From a virus (taxonomy: Duplodnaviria > Heunggongvirae > Uroviricota > Caudoviricetes): a stretch of DNA of 64,000 nt. The stretch lies in IMG/VR virus record IMGVR_UViG_2513237141_000003, positions 1 through 64,000 of that record. One strand, written 5' to 3'. Below are positions 8,616 to 16,343 of the stretch, one piece after another (within the stretch, counting starts at the first letter, position 1; every line of letters begins with the position of its first letter). The notes below the pieces were generated by a model, which was not told the origin of the DNA, searched no databases, and worked only from the letters and a program-made list of their open reading frames with translations. The position numbers were made by a program, and so were the translations under genes.

Positions 8616-8809
8616 GCCGTGATCTCTTTCCGTTGATCGTTCTTTTCATCGAGCGCGCGCATACAGTTGGTGCAGAGGCGCTTCTCGAACTGGATGAGGG
8701 TGTAGGGGGAGTGAATACCGACCTCGCTGGCGAGGTGGACGTCTGCTCCGCACCCGCCGCATGCGAAGCGGCGGTCCCTTGGTGGCGCGATTGTGATTTC
8801 GCCGTACAT
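8612..8809 (-). CDS. zinc-ribbon protein
   Basis: CGGCG...CTNC four-Cys pattern, 65 aa. Confidence 0.5.
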   Translation of the reverse strand: MYGEITIAPPRDRRFACGGCGADVHLASEVGIHSPYTLIQFEKRLCTNCMRALDEKNDQRKEITA

Positions 8810-8823
8810 CAGACGTCGACTCC

Positions 8824-9309
8824 TCAGAACGGAATGTCGTCGTCCATGTCGTTGTGGCGAGAGCCGCCGCCGGACTGACGCGAGTTGCCACCGCCGCTGC
8901 GGCCACCGCCTCCGCCGCTATCCCCGCCACGGTCGCCGCCGCTGTTGCGGTTGTCACCACCGGTGTCGAGCATCGTCAGTGTCGAGTTGAAGCCTTGCAG
9001 TACCACCTCGGTGGTGTACTTCTCGGCGCCGCTCTGGTCGGTCCATTTGCGCGTCTGCAGCTGGCCCTCGACATAGACCTTGGCGCCTTTCTTCAGGTAC
9101 TGCTCGGCGATCTTGGCAAGGCCCTCATTGAAAATTACGACCCTGTGCCATTCGACTTTTTCGCGGCGCTCGCCGGAGTTTTTGTCGCGCCAGCTCTCGC
9201 TGGTGGCGATCGATAGATTGGCTATCGGGCGCCCATCCTGGGTCCGTCTAACTTCGGGGTCCTTGCCAAGATTGCCCACCAGAATCACTTTGTTCACGCT
9301 GCCAGCCAC
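8824..9309 (-). CDS. ssb: single-stranded DNA-binding protein
   Basis: OB-fold SSB sequence, Gly-rich tail, C-terminal DDDIPF; GTG start; cassette upstream. Confidence 0.9.
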   Translation of the reverse strand: MAGSVNKVILVGNLGKDPEVRRTQDGRPIANLSIATSESWRDKNSGERREKVEWHRVVIFNEGLAKIAEQYLKKGAKVYVEGQLQTRKWTDQSGAEKYTTEVVLQGFNSTLTMLDTGGDNRNSGGDRGGDSGGGGGRSGGGNSRQSGGGSRHNDMDDDIPF

Positions 9310-9312
9310 GTC

Positions 9313-9345
9313 GGTCTCCTTGTCGTGCGGCCCTGCGAAGGCCGC
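9313..9345 (-). promoter_or_regulatory. hairpin-SD cassette
   Basis: gcggccCTGCGAAggccgc; ssb. Confidence 0.6.
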
Positions 9346-9418
9346 GAATTAGATGCGCGCGTTGACAGCCTTGTCCGGTACGATGTCCCCGCTCCATGGT
9401 TTTCCTTCATGGAGCGGA

Positions 9419-9497
9419 CGGTGTGAGCCTCCGGAGGCTGTCTTGCCGTTGTTCGAGCCGCGCGCCTTACCCGTCAGAAAGGTCTGGGCTCACACCG
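9419..9497. repeat. 11-bp inverted repeat cggtgtgagcc / ggctcacaccg flanking a 57-bp segment with a central cctccggagg palindrome
   Basis: SSAP-ssb intergenic; possible structured RNA or terminator. Confidence 0.4.
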
Positions 9498-9505
9498 CAA
9501 TCCTG

Positions 9506-10777
9506 CTACGACGCCTGCTTCAGCTCCTGCACACGCGCCTTCATCAGCGCGTCCAGCTCTGCTGTGATGGTTGCAGAGACGCCGCATGTCTTGCGCATGT
9601 CCTTCTCGCGCGACCAGCGGGCACGACATTCTTCCGCACTGGTCTGCTCGGCGATCCAGGCCATGGCGTAGTCCCGATATTCTTCGGCAGTCCTGGGAGT
9701 GGGTGACGACGAGGCGTTAGAAGCTTGGCCGCTGTTTCCCGCCTCGGCGCCACCCTTCGCGTCCCCGGCAACGGAGGGGGTGGGGCCCGCATCCGAGGTC
9801 TGCGAATTTTGATCTGGCTGCTCACCGGTATTGCCGGTGACCTTGTCTTGATATTCCTTGGATGCGCTATCGGTCTGGCCGAAGTCTGGGTTAACGCGCA
9901 TGCCATGGCCCTTGTCGGTGCCGTCTCCGGCCTTCTCTCCGCTGTTGGCGAACTGGTCGAGCTTGGCTCCAGCGTCGGACTTCTCCGCCTCACGCGCGGG
10001 GAAGGTCTCGTCGACCGTGGCCATACCATCAGCGATCCCCTTCATCAGGGCGATCACGCGCGCGACATCCGGCGCTGTCCAGTCCTTGGCGGGCTTGCCG
10101 ATGACAAGCTCGACGCGCACAAGCTCGATGTCCTGATTGGCGATGCCCTGGACGACACGGTCGCGGTAACCCTGCAGGTTCTTGCCGATCTTTTCGACCA
10201 GCGAGTTCCGGGCAGCATCGAAGGCGTAGTCCGCGAAGGTCTGCAACGCGTTCACCACGACGTTGCGGCAGGCCTTGGAGACGCCGATCTGCAGCGCGAT
10301 ATCAAGACGGCGCGCGTCGTCGTCGCCGCCGAGCTTGGCACCGCCCTTGGTCTGCTGGAATGGGCGCTCCAGCGCAAAGCCGGTCTCATAGTCGGAGAAG
10401 CGGGCGTAGATCAGCCAGCTTGCGCCGAGGTCGAGCACGCGCGTCTGCACCTCGCAGTTGCCGTAGATGCGGGCGAGGTCATTGGCGAGCTTGATCGAGG
10501 GCCCCTCAATGTAATCTGTGGTGCCCTTGCGACGGTTCTTCACTGGAAAGCGATAGAACCAGTCGTCGCCGGCCGCCGCGCCCAGCGCGGCGAGCTTCTG
10601 CAGCACAACCGTCTCATTGCGGTGAACGGCAACCGGCTGCGCGCCTACGATGCGCTCGGCCGAAATCGCCGCCACGGACGGCGCCGCCGGGAGGTTGTTA
10701 TTGTTCGTCGGCGCCACGTTGGCAAACTCGTCCAGTGAGCGCAGCCTGTCGTCCTTGTCGAGAACCTGAGTGTTCAT
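9506..10777 (-). CDS. putative single-strand annealing protein (ERF-like) with long disordered C-terminal tail
   Basis: sits between the YqaJ exonuclease and ssb; core loosely ERF-like (..SKACRNVVVNAL..). Confidence 0.5.
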   Translation of the reverse strand: MNTQVLDKDDRLRSLDEFANVAPTNNNNLPAAPSVAAISAERIVGAQPVAVHRNETVVLQKLAALGAAAGDDWFYRFPVKNRRKGTTDYIEGPSIKLANDLARIYGNCEVQTRVLDLGASWLIYARFSDYETGFALERPFQQTKGGAKLGGDDDARRLDIALQIGVSKACRNVVVNALQTFADYAFDAARNSLVEKIGKNLQGYRDRVVQGIANQDIELVRVELVIGKPAKDWTAPDVARVIALMKGIADGMATVDETFPAREAEKSDAGAKLDQFANSGEKAGDGTDKGHGMRVNPDFGQTDSASKEYQDKVTGNTGEQPDQNSQTSDAGPTPSVAGDAKGGAEAGNSGQASNASSSPTPRTAEEYRDYAMAWIAEQTSAEECRARWSREKDMRKTCGVSATITAELDALMKARVQELKQAS

Positions 10778-10810
10778 TCAATTCATCTCCGTTGAAAAAT
10801 CCGTTGGGTG

Positions 10811-11833
10811 TTACTTGACCTTCACTTCCCGCAATGAGCGGAAGCTGTAGGCAGCGCGCTGCTGTTCCTTGACGTTGGTGACCTTGAGCGAGAGCTTGCG
10901 GCCGCCAGCAATCAGCGCGAACGTGGCGGCGCCGATCTTGGCCATGATCTCGGTGGAGATCTCATCGCGGCGCTTCTCGCTTGAGCTGATCACCTCGCCG
11001 AGCTTCTTGCGCTCGTCGAACAGGTCGGGGAGCAGGTTATCGCTCGACAAGTCGATGATGCTGCCGTCGTCGACCGGATAGAGCTTGCGGACCAGGTCGT
11101 GGTCGCGGGTCGGGTCGATTGCAGGTACGCCGCCCGCATCCAACAGGTCCCAGAAGCCCTTGACGGTTTCGAGTATCTTCTGCTCGGCCACGGGGTGGCG
11201 CACGAGCGGGATCATCTTCAGGTCCTCGCTGAAGGTGTCGATCACCCATGCCGCGACGTAGGGGTGGATCACCTGCTTGAACGCAATCGAAGCAAGCATG
11301 GTCTCGGCCAGCGTCTGCAGCTGGTAGCCAAGGGGGACGATGGGGTTCGTCCCCTCGCGGTCGCCGCCGAGCCAGTCAGCCACGAACACCGGCTTCGCCA
11401 CGACCTTGCCCTGGATCAGGATCAGGCCCGGACGCTCCGGATCGATCGCCATGGCGTCGGGGGTCGCGCCAAAGCGCAAGGAAGGCGCGCGCAAGTAGAC
11501 CTTGCCGGCGCGGATTTCCCAGGAGGGGTTTTCTTCCTTGATCGTGGCCCACAACGAGGGCTCGAAGCGGCGACCGCGCCGCAGAACGGGGGTATCGGCC
11601 TTCTGGCCGATCTGGCCGGTTTTATCAGCCCAGACCTCGCGCGGAGACCGGTAACCGACGCCAGCAATCGAAGCGACGTCGGACGCCGTGACGTCCTTCT
11701 GGCGCAGCTTCAGCCAGCCCTCCCGGTCTCTTACGGGATCGACCTTGTGGATCTCGACGTCGCCGAGGGACAGCTCGCGGACGATGCCCATGGCGACATC
11801 GCCGATGGACCGGAACGAATCAACTTCGCTCAA
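10811..11833 (-). CDS. YqaJ-like (lambda Exo-type) recombination exonuclease
   Basis: YqaJ N-terminal motif (VTASDVASIAGVGYRSPREVWADKTG); TTG start 5 nt after the cassette SD. Confidence 0.8.
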   Translation of the reverse strand: MSEVDSFRSIGDVAMGIVRELSLGDVEIHKVDPVRDREGWLKLRQKDVTASDVASIAGVGYRSPREVWADKTGQIGQKADTPVLRRGRRFEPSLWATIKEENPSWEIRAGKVYLRAPSLRFGATPDAMAIDPERPGLILIQGKVVAKPVFVADWLGGDREGTNPIVPLGYQLQTLAETMLASIAFKQVIHPYVAAWVIDTFSEDLKMIPLVRHPVAEQKILETVKGFWDLLDAGGVPAIDPTRDHDLVRKLYPVDDGSIIDLSSDNLLPDLFDERKKLGEVISSSEKRRDEISTEIMAKIGAATFALIAGGRKLSLKVTNVKEQQRAAYSFRSLREVKVK

Positions 11834-11838
11834 GGTTT

Positions 11839-11886
11839 GGTCTCCTTGCCCGCCCGCCGGAGAGCTGCACCGTCTGCGAAACGGTG
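11839..11886 (-). promoter_or_regulatory. hairpin-SD cassette
   Basis: caccgtCTGCGAAacggtg; exonuclease gene. Confidence 0.6.
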
Positions 11887-11964
11887 GGGGATCAGCTTCG
11901 GGCGGGCGAGTGTTCGAGGTGGACGACTGGGGTTTGGTCTCCGTCAGCGACGCAACACTTGCAC

Positions 11965-12030
11965 CAACTCGGTGAAATGGTCAAGCGGCAATCGAACCAA
12001 ATTGGTGAAAAAATATATTCGTTGTGGGTG
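11965..12030. promoter_or_regulatory. candidate OL/pL region: TTGCACC-aactc-GGTGAAA palindrome + TTGGTGAAAAAA half-site
   Basis: same half-site family as the cI/cro intergenic sites; lies upstream of the leftward exo-int operon. Confidence 0.4.
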
Positions 12031-12039
12031 TCAACCATT

Positions 12040-12075
12040 CCTGACGGGGACATCGGGGGACGTCGGGGACATCGA
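12040..12075 (+). repeat. GGGGACRTCG iteron x3, direct
   Basis: ggggacatcgggggacgtcggggacatcg. Confidence 0.7.
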
Positions 12076-12116
12076 CTCGCGCGCATCCCTCAAAGCAAAG
12101 ATTCTATCGGGTATGA

Positions 12117-12146
12117 AAAAAGGCGGCCCTGAAGGCCGCCTATTTA
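12117..12146 (-). terminator. rho-independent terminator downstream of the cI-like gene (A/T tracts on both sides)
   Basis: aaaaaaggcggccctgaaggccgcctattt. Confidence 0.6.
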
Positions 12147-12236
12147 ATTCGATAAATCTCTTTCCAATTACTGAGATCTGTATGTGTCTTAGAGTCTACT
12201 ATCTATTGTTTGTCTAATAGCAAAAGTCGTGCCAGG

Positions 12237-12275
12237 GACGATGTCCCCGCAATGTCCACTTTCAATGTCCCCGTT
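12237..12275 (-). repeat. GGGGACAT-family iteron x3, inverted relative to the 12040 array
   Basis: cgatgtccccgcaatgtccactttcaatgtcccc. Confidence 0.7.
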
Positions 12276-12292
12276 TTATAAAACTTTTAAAA

Positions 12293-12910
12293 CTACTCCC
12301 AGGTGACGGGGGTCGCGAAGTAGGAGCCGATGATATCGCTGACCCAGACTATGCCGACATTTCGGATCGGCTCTATGCCGGCGGGGCCCGTTAGTCGGTA
12401 GCGATGGTCCTGCGTCTCCCTTGAGACCTCCCGCAGGAGGAGGGGGCGGTGGTTGGCACGCACGACCAGCATGTCGGTCCTGCCGTTGTGCTTGAAATCA
12501 GCGTGGACGAGCTCGCGCTGGTAGCTCTTGTCGTACAGGAGGTACTGGCCGAGCGAGGCGCCGGCATCGTCGGTCAGCTCGAGCGCCACGGTGTCGGCTG
12601 AGACCTCGACGCCGGTTGCAATCTTGCCTTTCGGTTCATCGAACATCTCGATCCGCAACCCCTTGCGGACGGCGCCGACTAGCGGCACCACGCCGGCCGT
12701 GAACCCGATCTCGGCGGGCGAGCAGCCGAAAGCCTTGGCAATGCGCTGCGCCCACGCCAGATCGATCGGACGCTGCCCCGTTTCCAGTTTTTGAATCTGT
12801 TGTTGCGAGGTGCCGGCCTTCCCGGCGACCGTTTCGCGTGACCAGCCGCGCTCATTTCGCATCTCAATGAGCCTCTCCGGCGGCGCTCGGTCCTTTCTAC
12901 GGTCCAGCAT
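12293..12910 (-). CDS. CI-like repressor (XRE HTH + C-terminal domain)
   Basis: HTH (LIEMRNERGWSRETVAGKAGTSQQQIQKLETGQR); divergent from the cro-like gene; operator repeats in the shared intergenic region. Confidence 0.7.
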   Translation of the reverse strand: MLDRRKDRAPPERLIEMRNERGWSRETVAGKAGTSQQQIQKLETGQRPIDLAWAQRIAKAFGCSPAEIGFTAGVVPLVGAVRKGLRIEMFDEPKGKIATGVEVSADTVALELTDDAGASLGQYLLYDKSYQRELVHADFKHNGRTDMLVVRANHRPLLLREVSRETQDHRYRLTGPAGIEPIRNVGIVWVSDIIGSYFATPVTWE

Positions 12911-12939
12911 TAATCCTCTCTGCTTTCCAATGCTGAAAA

Positions 12940-13025
12940 AAGTACCAGATTGGTGCAAGTCAGTCATCGAAACCGGATTGGTGAAAATGCCCGCTTGACA
13001 CTTCACCGACTTGGTGCAATTTTGC
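12940..13025. promoter_or_regulatory. cI/cro divergent control region with three TTGGTG(C/A)AA operator half-sites incl. TTCACC-gactt-GGTGCAA; TTGACA -35 for cro
   Basis: gattggtgcaag, gattggtgaaaa, cttgacacttcaccgacttggtgcaatttt. Confidence 0.45.
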
Positions 13026-13061
13026 GTGTCGCTGGCCGCACCCATCACGCAAGACGAATCC

Positions 13062-13313
13062 ATGTTCCTTCAAGACTATCTCTTGAAGACCTACCCCGGT
13101 CTTCGCTCTGGGCAGACCAGCTGGAACCAAGTCGAGATCGATTTCGCCGAAAAGGTTGGGACCAGTCGGCAGAACATCAACCGTTATCGCAAGTTTCAGC
13201 GCCACCCGCGACCGCCAATGGTCGCGCGAATCAGGAAGCTCACCAACGGACTGGTGGCCGCAGACGATCATCTGCCGCCTGAGCAACATCCGAGCAAGTC
13301 GAGATCGATCTGA
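13062..13313 (+). CDS. Cro-like HTH regulator
   Basis: 83 aa; HTH (FAEKVGTSRQNINRYRKF); divergent from the cI-like gene. Confidence 0.5.
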   Translation: MFLQDYLLKTYPGLRSGQTSWNQVEIDFAEKVGTSRQNINRYRKFQRHPRPPMVARIRKLTNGLVAADDHLPPEQHPSKSRSI

Positions 13314-13324
13314 TGAAGTCGAGT

Positions 13325-13549
13325 TCAGCCAGCTACGTCGCGAAGGACTTCCGCCAGGTGCTCGTTGATCAGCTGCTGCTTGCGGCTGACGGCGCGCATG
13401 TAAGCTTCGGTCCTGATCGTGTAGGCGGTCCGAGATCCATCGCTGAGAATCAGCGAGATGAGAAACTTGCCACCGACGTATCGGTAACTCACGCTCTTGA
13501 TCTCCAGCACAGGAGTTGTTTCTCCTGCGGTCTGCCCCACCGCACCCAT
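13325..13549 (-). CDS. hypothetical small protein (antisense to the rightward operon)
   Basis: protein-like composition, whereas the overlapping + ORF 13313-13801 is S/R-rich junk. Confidence 0.3.
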   Translation of the reverse strand: MGAVGQTAGETTPVLEIKSVSYRYVGGKFLISLILSDGSRTAYTIRTEAYMRAVSRKQQLINEHLAEVLRDVAG

Positions 13550-13791
13550 TGTCGCCACCACTTTGACCAATTGATCTTCTTGTCGTCGCCGAAGCGGCGG
13601 GAATATGGCAGCGACATGCCGCTGCACGCAAGAGGATTTTGTACGCCACGCAACGCATCGCTCATTACCTTAATTTTTACGCCTACTTTTTTGTCGTCAA
13701 ACGATTCAAAATCTAAACGCACAACTTTAGATCGACGCCGTAATTTCACGGGGGCCTTCCAGCGCGGGCCTCAATCAACAGAGGGTCGCGC

Positions 13792-14232
13792 ATGGCTTTA
13801 ATGACGCCCACCATACAATCCGTACATCTGAAAATCTCGGAATTTTCGTCTCCGGCCTTCGCCTCCAAGGCGGACGAAGCAAAAGCGCTCGTGCGTCGGT
13901 GCGCGGAGCCGTGCCCGGCCGGTGACTCCGTCAAGGAAGCCATCAACCGCGCGACAGACCGGCTCGGCTTCTCGACTTCGCGAACACAGGACTTTTGGTA
14001 TGGGGAGGCCAGACGAATTGACGACAACGAAATCGACAGGCTGCGCTACGTGGCGGACGCGACTGAGATGTTGGTCGCTCAGGAAGCGCTCAAGACGCTT
14101 CGTAAGCGCATGGCGGTATCGGATTCTCCGCTGTCTCGTGAGGTCGTGCACCGCCTTGATGCTTGCTTCAGCCTTCTCCGCGGCGTTCCTTTCGGAATGC
14201 ATGTCGGACGGCAGCGGGGCTGCCGATCGTGA
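13792..14232 (+). CDS. hypothetical protein
   Basis: AGAGGG SD; AT-rich promoter-like region upstream. Confidence 0.45.
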   Translation: MALMTPTIQSVHLKISEFSSPAFASKADEAKALVRRCAEPCPAGDSVKEAINRATDRLGFSTSRTQDFWYGEARRIDDNEIDRLRYVADATEMLVAQEALKTLRKRMAVSDSPLSREVVHRLDACFSLLRGVPFGMHVGRQRGCRS

Positions 14233-14768
14233 ATAGGGTGCAGCACATATGGAGCGACGACAACATCGCCATGGTCCGCAATCTTGCGGACAAGGGTGAC
14301 AGTTCGGCCGAGATCGCCGCCAAGTTGAGCGCGGCCACAGCCCGGCGCGTCACGAAGAATGCGGTGGTCGGCATCTGCACGCGGAGGGGCATCCAGCTCA
14401 AGAACAAGAGTTTTGCGCCCGCAAAGCCGAAGCGGGAGCCGCAGCCAAGGTCTTATCTCGCGCCAAAGAATACTACCCCCGCACCCAAGGGGTTCGTGAG
14501 GGTGCCTACTCCGGTGATGTCGCCGGAGGCGACGCTGCCCATCACGAAATTTACTCCGGCTAAACCGTCGGAGACTAGCGTTTCGATTTACGAGCTTAAC
14601 TCTGATCTATGCCACTGGCCGTTGGGAGATTTCGCAGATCGCCCTCCGTACCGGTACTGCGGCGCGAGGGTCTTCGCAGGACCCTGGTGCCTCTGCCACT
14701 TCAGGCAGGCGACTGAAAACAAGGAGACCAGCCATGCCCAAGGGACATTCAAGGCCGAAGCAGCGTAG
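14229..14768 (+). CDS. gcrA: GcrA-like cell-cycle transcriptional regulator
   Basis: N-terminal W.DD...L..L...G.SA.EIAA.L....R.AV.GK..R.GL; C-terminal C.WP.GD.......CG......YC..H motif. Confidence 0.75.
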   Translation: MNRVQHIWSDDNIAMVRNLADKGDSSAEIAAKLSAATARRVTKNAVVGICTRRGIQLKNKSFAPAKPKREPQPRSYLAPKNTTPAPKGFVRVPTPVMSPEATLPITKFTPAKPSETSVSIYELNSDLCHWPLGDFADRPPYRYCGARVFAGPWCLCHFRQATENKETSHAQGTFKAEAA

Positions 14769-14799
14769 CTGGTATTCCGCGTGGCGGTCATGACCCGCC

Positions 14800-15303
14800 A
14801 TGCCCAGCAAACCCGTTGTGATCGGGCTCGATCCGAGCCGTAAGCTCGGCTGCGCCGTCGGACCTATCGGCGGCAGGCCAAGCCTTTCGACCATCATCAT
14901 CGGCAAGGACTCAACGCCGCACGAGGACGTGTTCGGCGGCGGCGCGCAGCTGCTCGATGGACTGATCCGCAAGAGCGGGGCTGTCGCCGTCGGCATCGAG
15001 CGCCCCTTCTACAAGAAGGGCGAGAGCAACTACGACACCACGGTTCTGATGCACGGCCTCTACGGCGCGCTCGTTGGCGTCGCGCAACTGCATGGACTGA
15101 AGGTCATGCCGTGCGCGGTCGCAACGTGGCGCAAGGTGGCGCTCGGTACCGCGAAGCTCGGGTCTCGCCAAGCCGGCAAGAAAGCAATGATGGATCTGTG
15201 CGCCCAGCTCGGCTGGGACGCAGACGACGATAATGCAGCCGACGCCGGCGGCGTCTGGATGTGGACCGGCGCAGAGTACGCGCCATACGGCATCGTTGGG
15301 TAG
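14800..15303 (+). CDS. RuvC-family Holliday junction resolvase
   Basis: VIGLDPS...GCAV...VAVGIERPF...and acidic C-terminal segment typical of RuvC-like resolvases. Confidence 0.75.
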   Translation: MPSKPVVIGLDPSRKLGCAVGPIGGRPSLSTIIIGKDSTPHEDVFGGGAQLLDGLIRKSGAVAVGIERPFYKKGESNYDTTVLMHGLYGALVGVAQLHGLKVMPCAVATWRKVALGTAKLGSRQAGKKAMMDLCAQLGWDADDDNAADAGGVWMWTGAEYAPYGIVG

Positions 15304-15313
15304 GGGAGACAGC

Positions 15314-15826
15314 ATGCAGCTCTACAGCGTCAAATTTCGTCACCACAAGGAACGCACGATCGATTTCGGAGAGGTCATCGTGATGGCGTCATCGAACGAG
15401 ACGGCCTCCGACCAGGTCCTGATGCGGCTGGACTTGCCGCGGTCCTCGACCACCACCGAGGTGATGCGGCTCAAGCCGAATATGTTTCAGGTCATGCGCG
15501 GCGAGATGCCGAAGGAGCGGCCAATCAACGGCACATTCCCTCGTTCGCAGGCCGAGCTCGACCGTCTTCTGGAGCCGGAGCGTGAGCGCTTCTCCGTACA
15601 GATCTCTGGATTTGCATGGGCGCACTCCGAGGACAACGCCGTCAAGAAGATCGCCAAGGCTGCACTTGCGGAAGCCGAGGGGCGCGATCCTTCAGGCAAG
15701 GCCGTGAGCGATCTTCAGATATTTGCCGACAAGCAGGAGGCTGCACCACGCTCTCCCGCGATCGAGCAAAACTCCATCTTCACGCACATGAAGATGTTTC
15801 AGGGTGGGGCGGTTCGTCCGCGCTAA
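15314..15826 (+). CDS. hypothetical protein
   Basis: GGGAGA SD then ATG. Confidence 0.5.
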   Translation: MQLYSVKFRHHKERTIDFGEVIVMASSNETASDQVLMRLDLPRSSTTTEVMRLKPNMFQVMRGEMPKERPINGTFPRSQAELDRLLEPERERFSVQISGFAWAHSEDNAVKKIAKAALAEAEGRDPSGKAVSDLQIFADKQEAAPRSPAIEQNSIFTHMKMFQGGAVRPR

Positions 15827-15836
15827 GGGGGTTGAG

Positions 15837-16106
15837 ATGCGACAGGTCAACACCGAGCGGCTTCCGGCCGACAAGATGCCCGTCACCAACCAGCACATCT
15901 GGGACATGGCGCTCAAGGATTACGACGACGCGGTCCTGATGCGCGATGCCATCAAGGCGCAGCCTGATGCGACGCCCGATGACATCGCCCGGCGCGAACG
16001 CGTGGTGCGTCAGCGGCTGGCCTTCTGCAACATCGTGGATTTTCTGATCACCAACAAGGAGGACATCAGCAAGGTGATGGCGGCCAGGAAGGGCAAGCCA
16101 TCGTGA
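15837..16106 (+). CDS. hypothetical protein
   Basis: AAGGGGG SD. Confidence 0.45.
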   Translation: MRQVNTERLPADKMPVTNQHIWDMALKDYDDAVLMRDAIKAQPDATPDDIARRERVVRQRLAFCNIVDFLITNKEDISKVMAARKGKPS

Positions 16107-16157
16107 GATTTCATGCAGCCGTTTTGAAATTGGTCTTGGGGAAGGTGGGGGATTGCA

Positions 16158-16343
16158 ATGCCGAAGGGGATCGAGGCGCGCGAGGCGCGCAGGTCGTTCG
16201 TACGTGTTCCGGTAGCGTCGCGCGTTTCTGAGGATCTTCGGGCGGAAGCAAAGCGCCGCGGTGTCGAATACGACGATCTCGCCGCCGAGATCATCGACAC
16301 CGTTGTCAATCATGGGCTCTACGCCGCTGTGTTGGATCACTGA
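16158..16343 (+). CDS. hypothetical small protein
   Basis: 61 aa; ATGA coupling to the primase gene. Confidence 0.45.
   Translation: MPKGIEAREARRSFVRVPVASRVSEDLRAEAKRRGVEYDDLAAEIIDTVVNHGLYAAVLDH

Noticed and set aside
11099-12217. 372-aa plus ORF spanning the exo antisense strand and the pL/iteron/terminator region
   Set aside because: Crosses a terminator, iteron arrays and an AT-rich segment; tail translation is junk.
13313-13801. 162-aa plus ORF after cro
   Set aside because: Ser/Arg/His-rich, no SD; the opposite-strand 75-aa ORF looks more protein-like (kept at low confidence).
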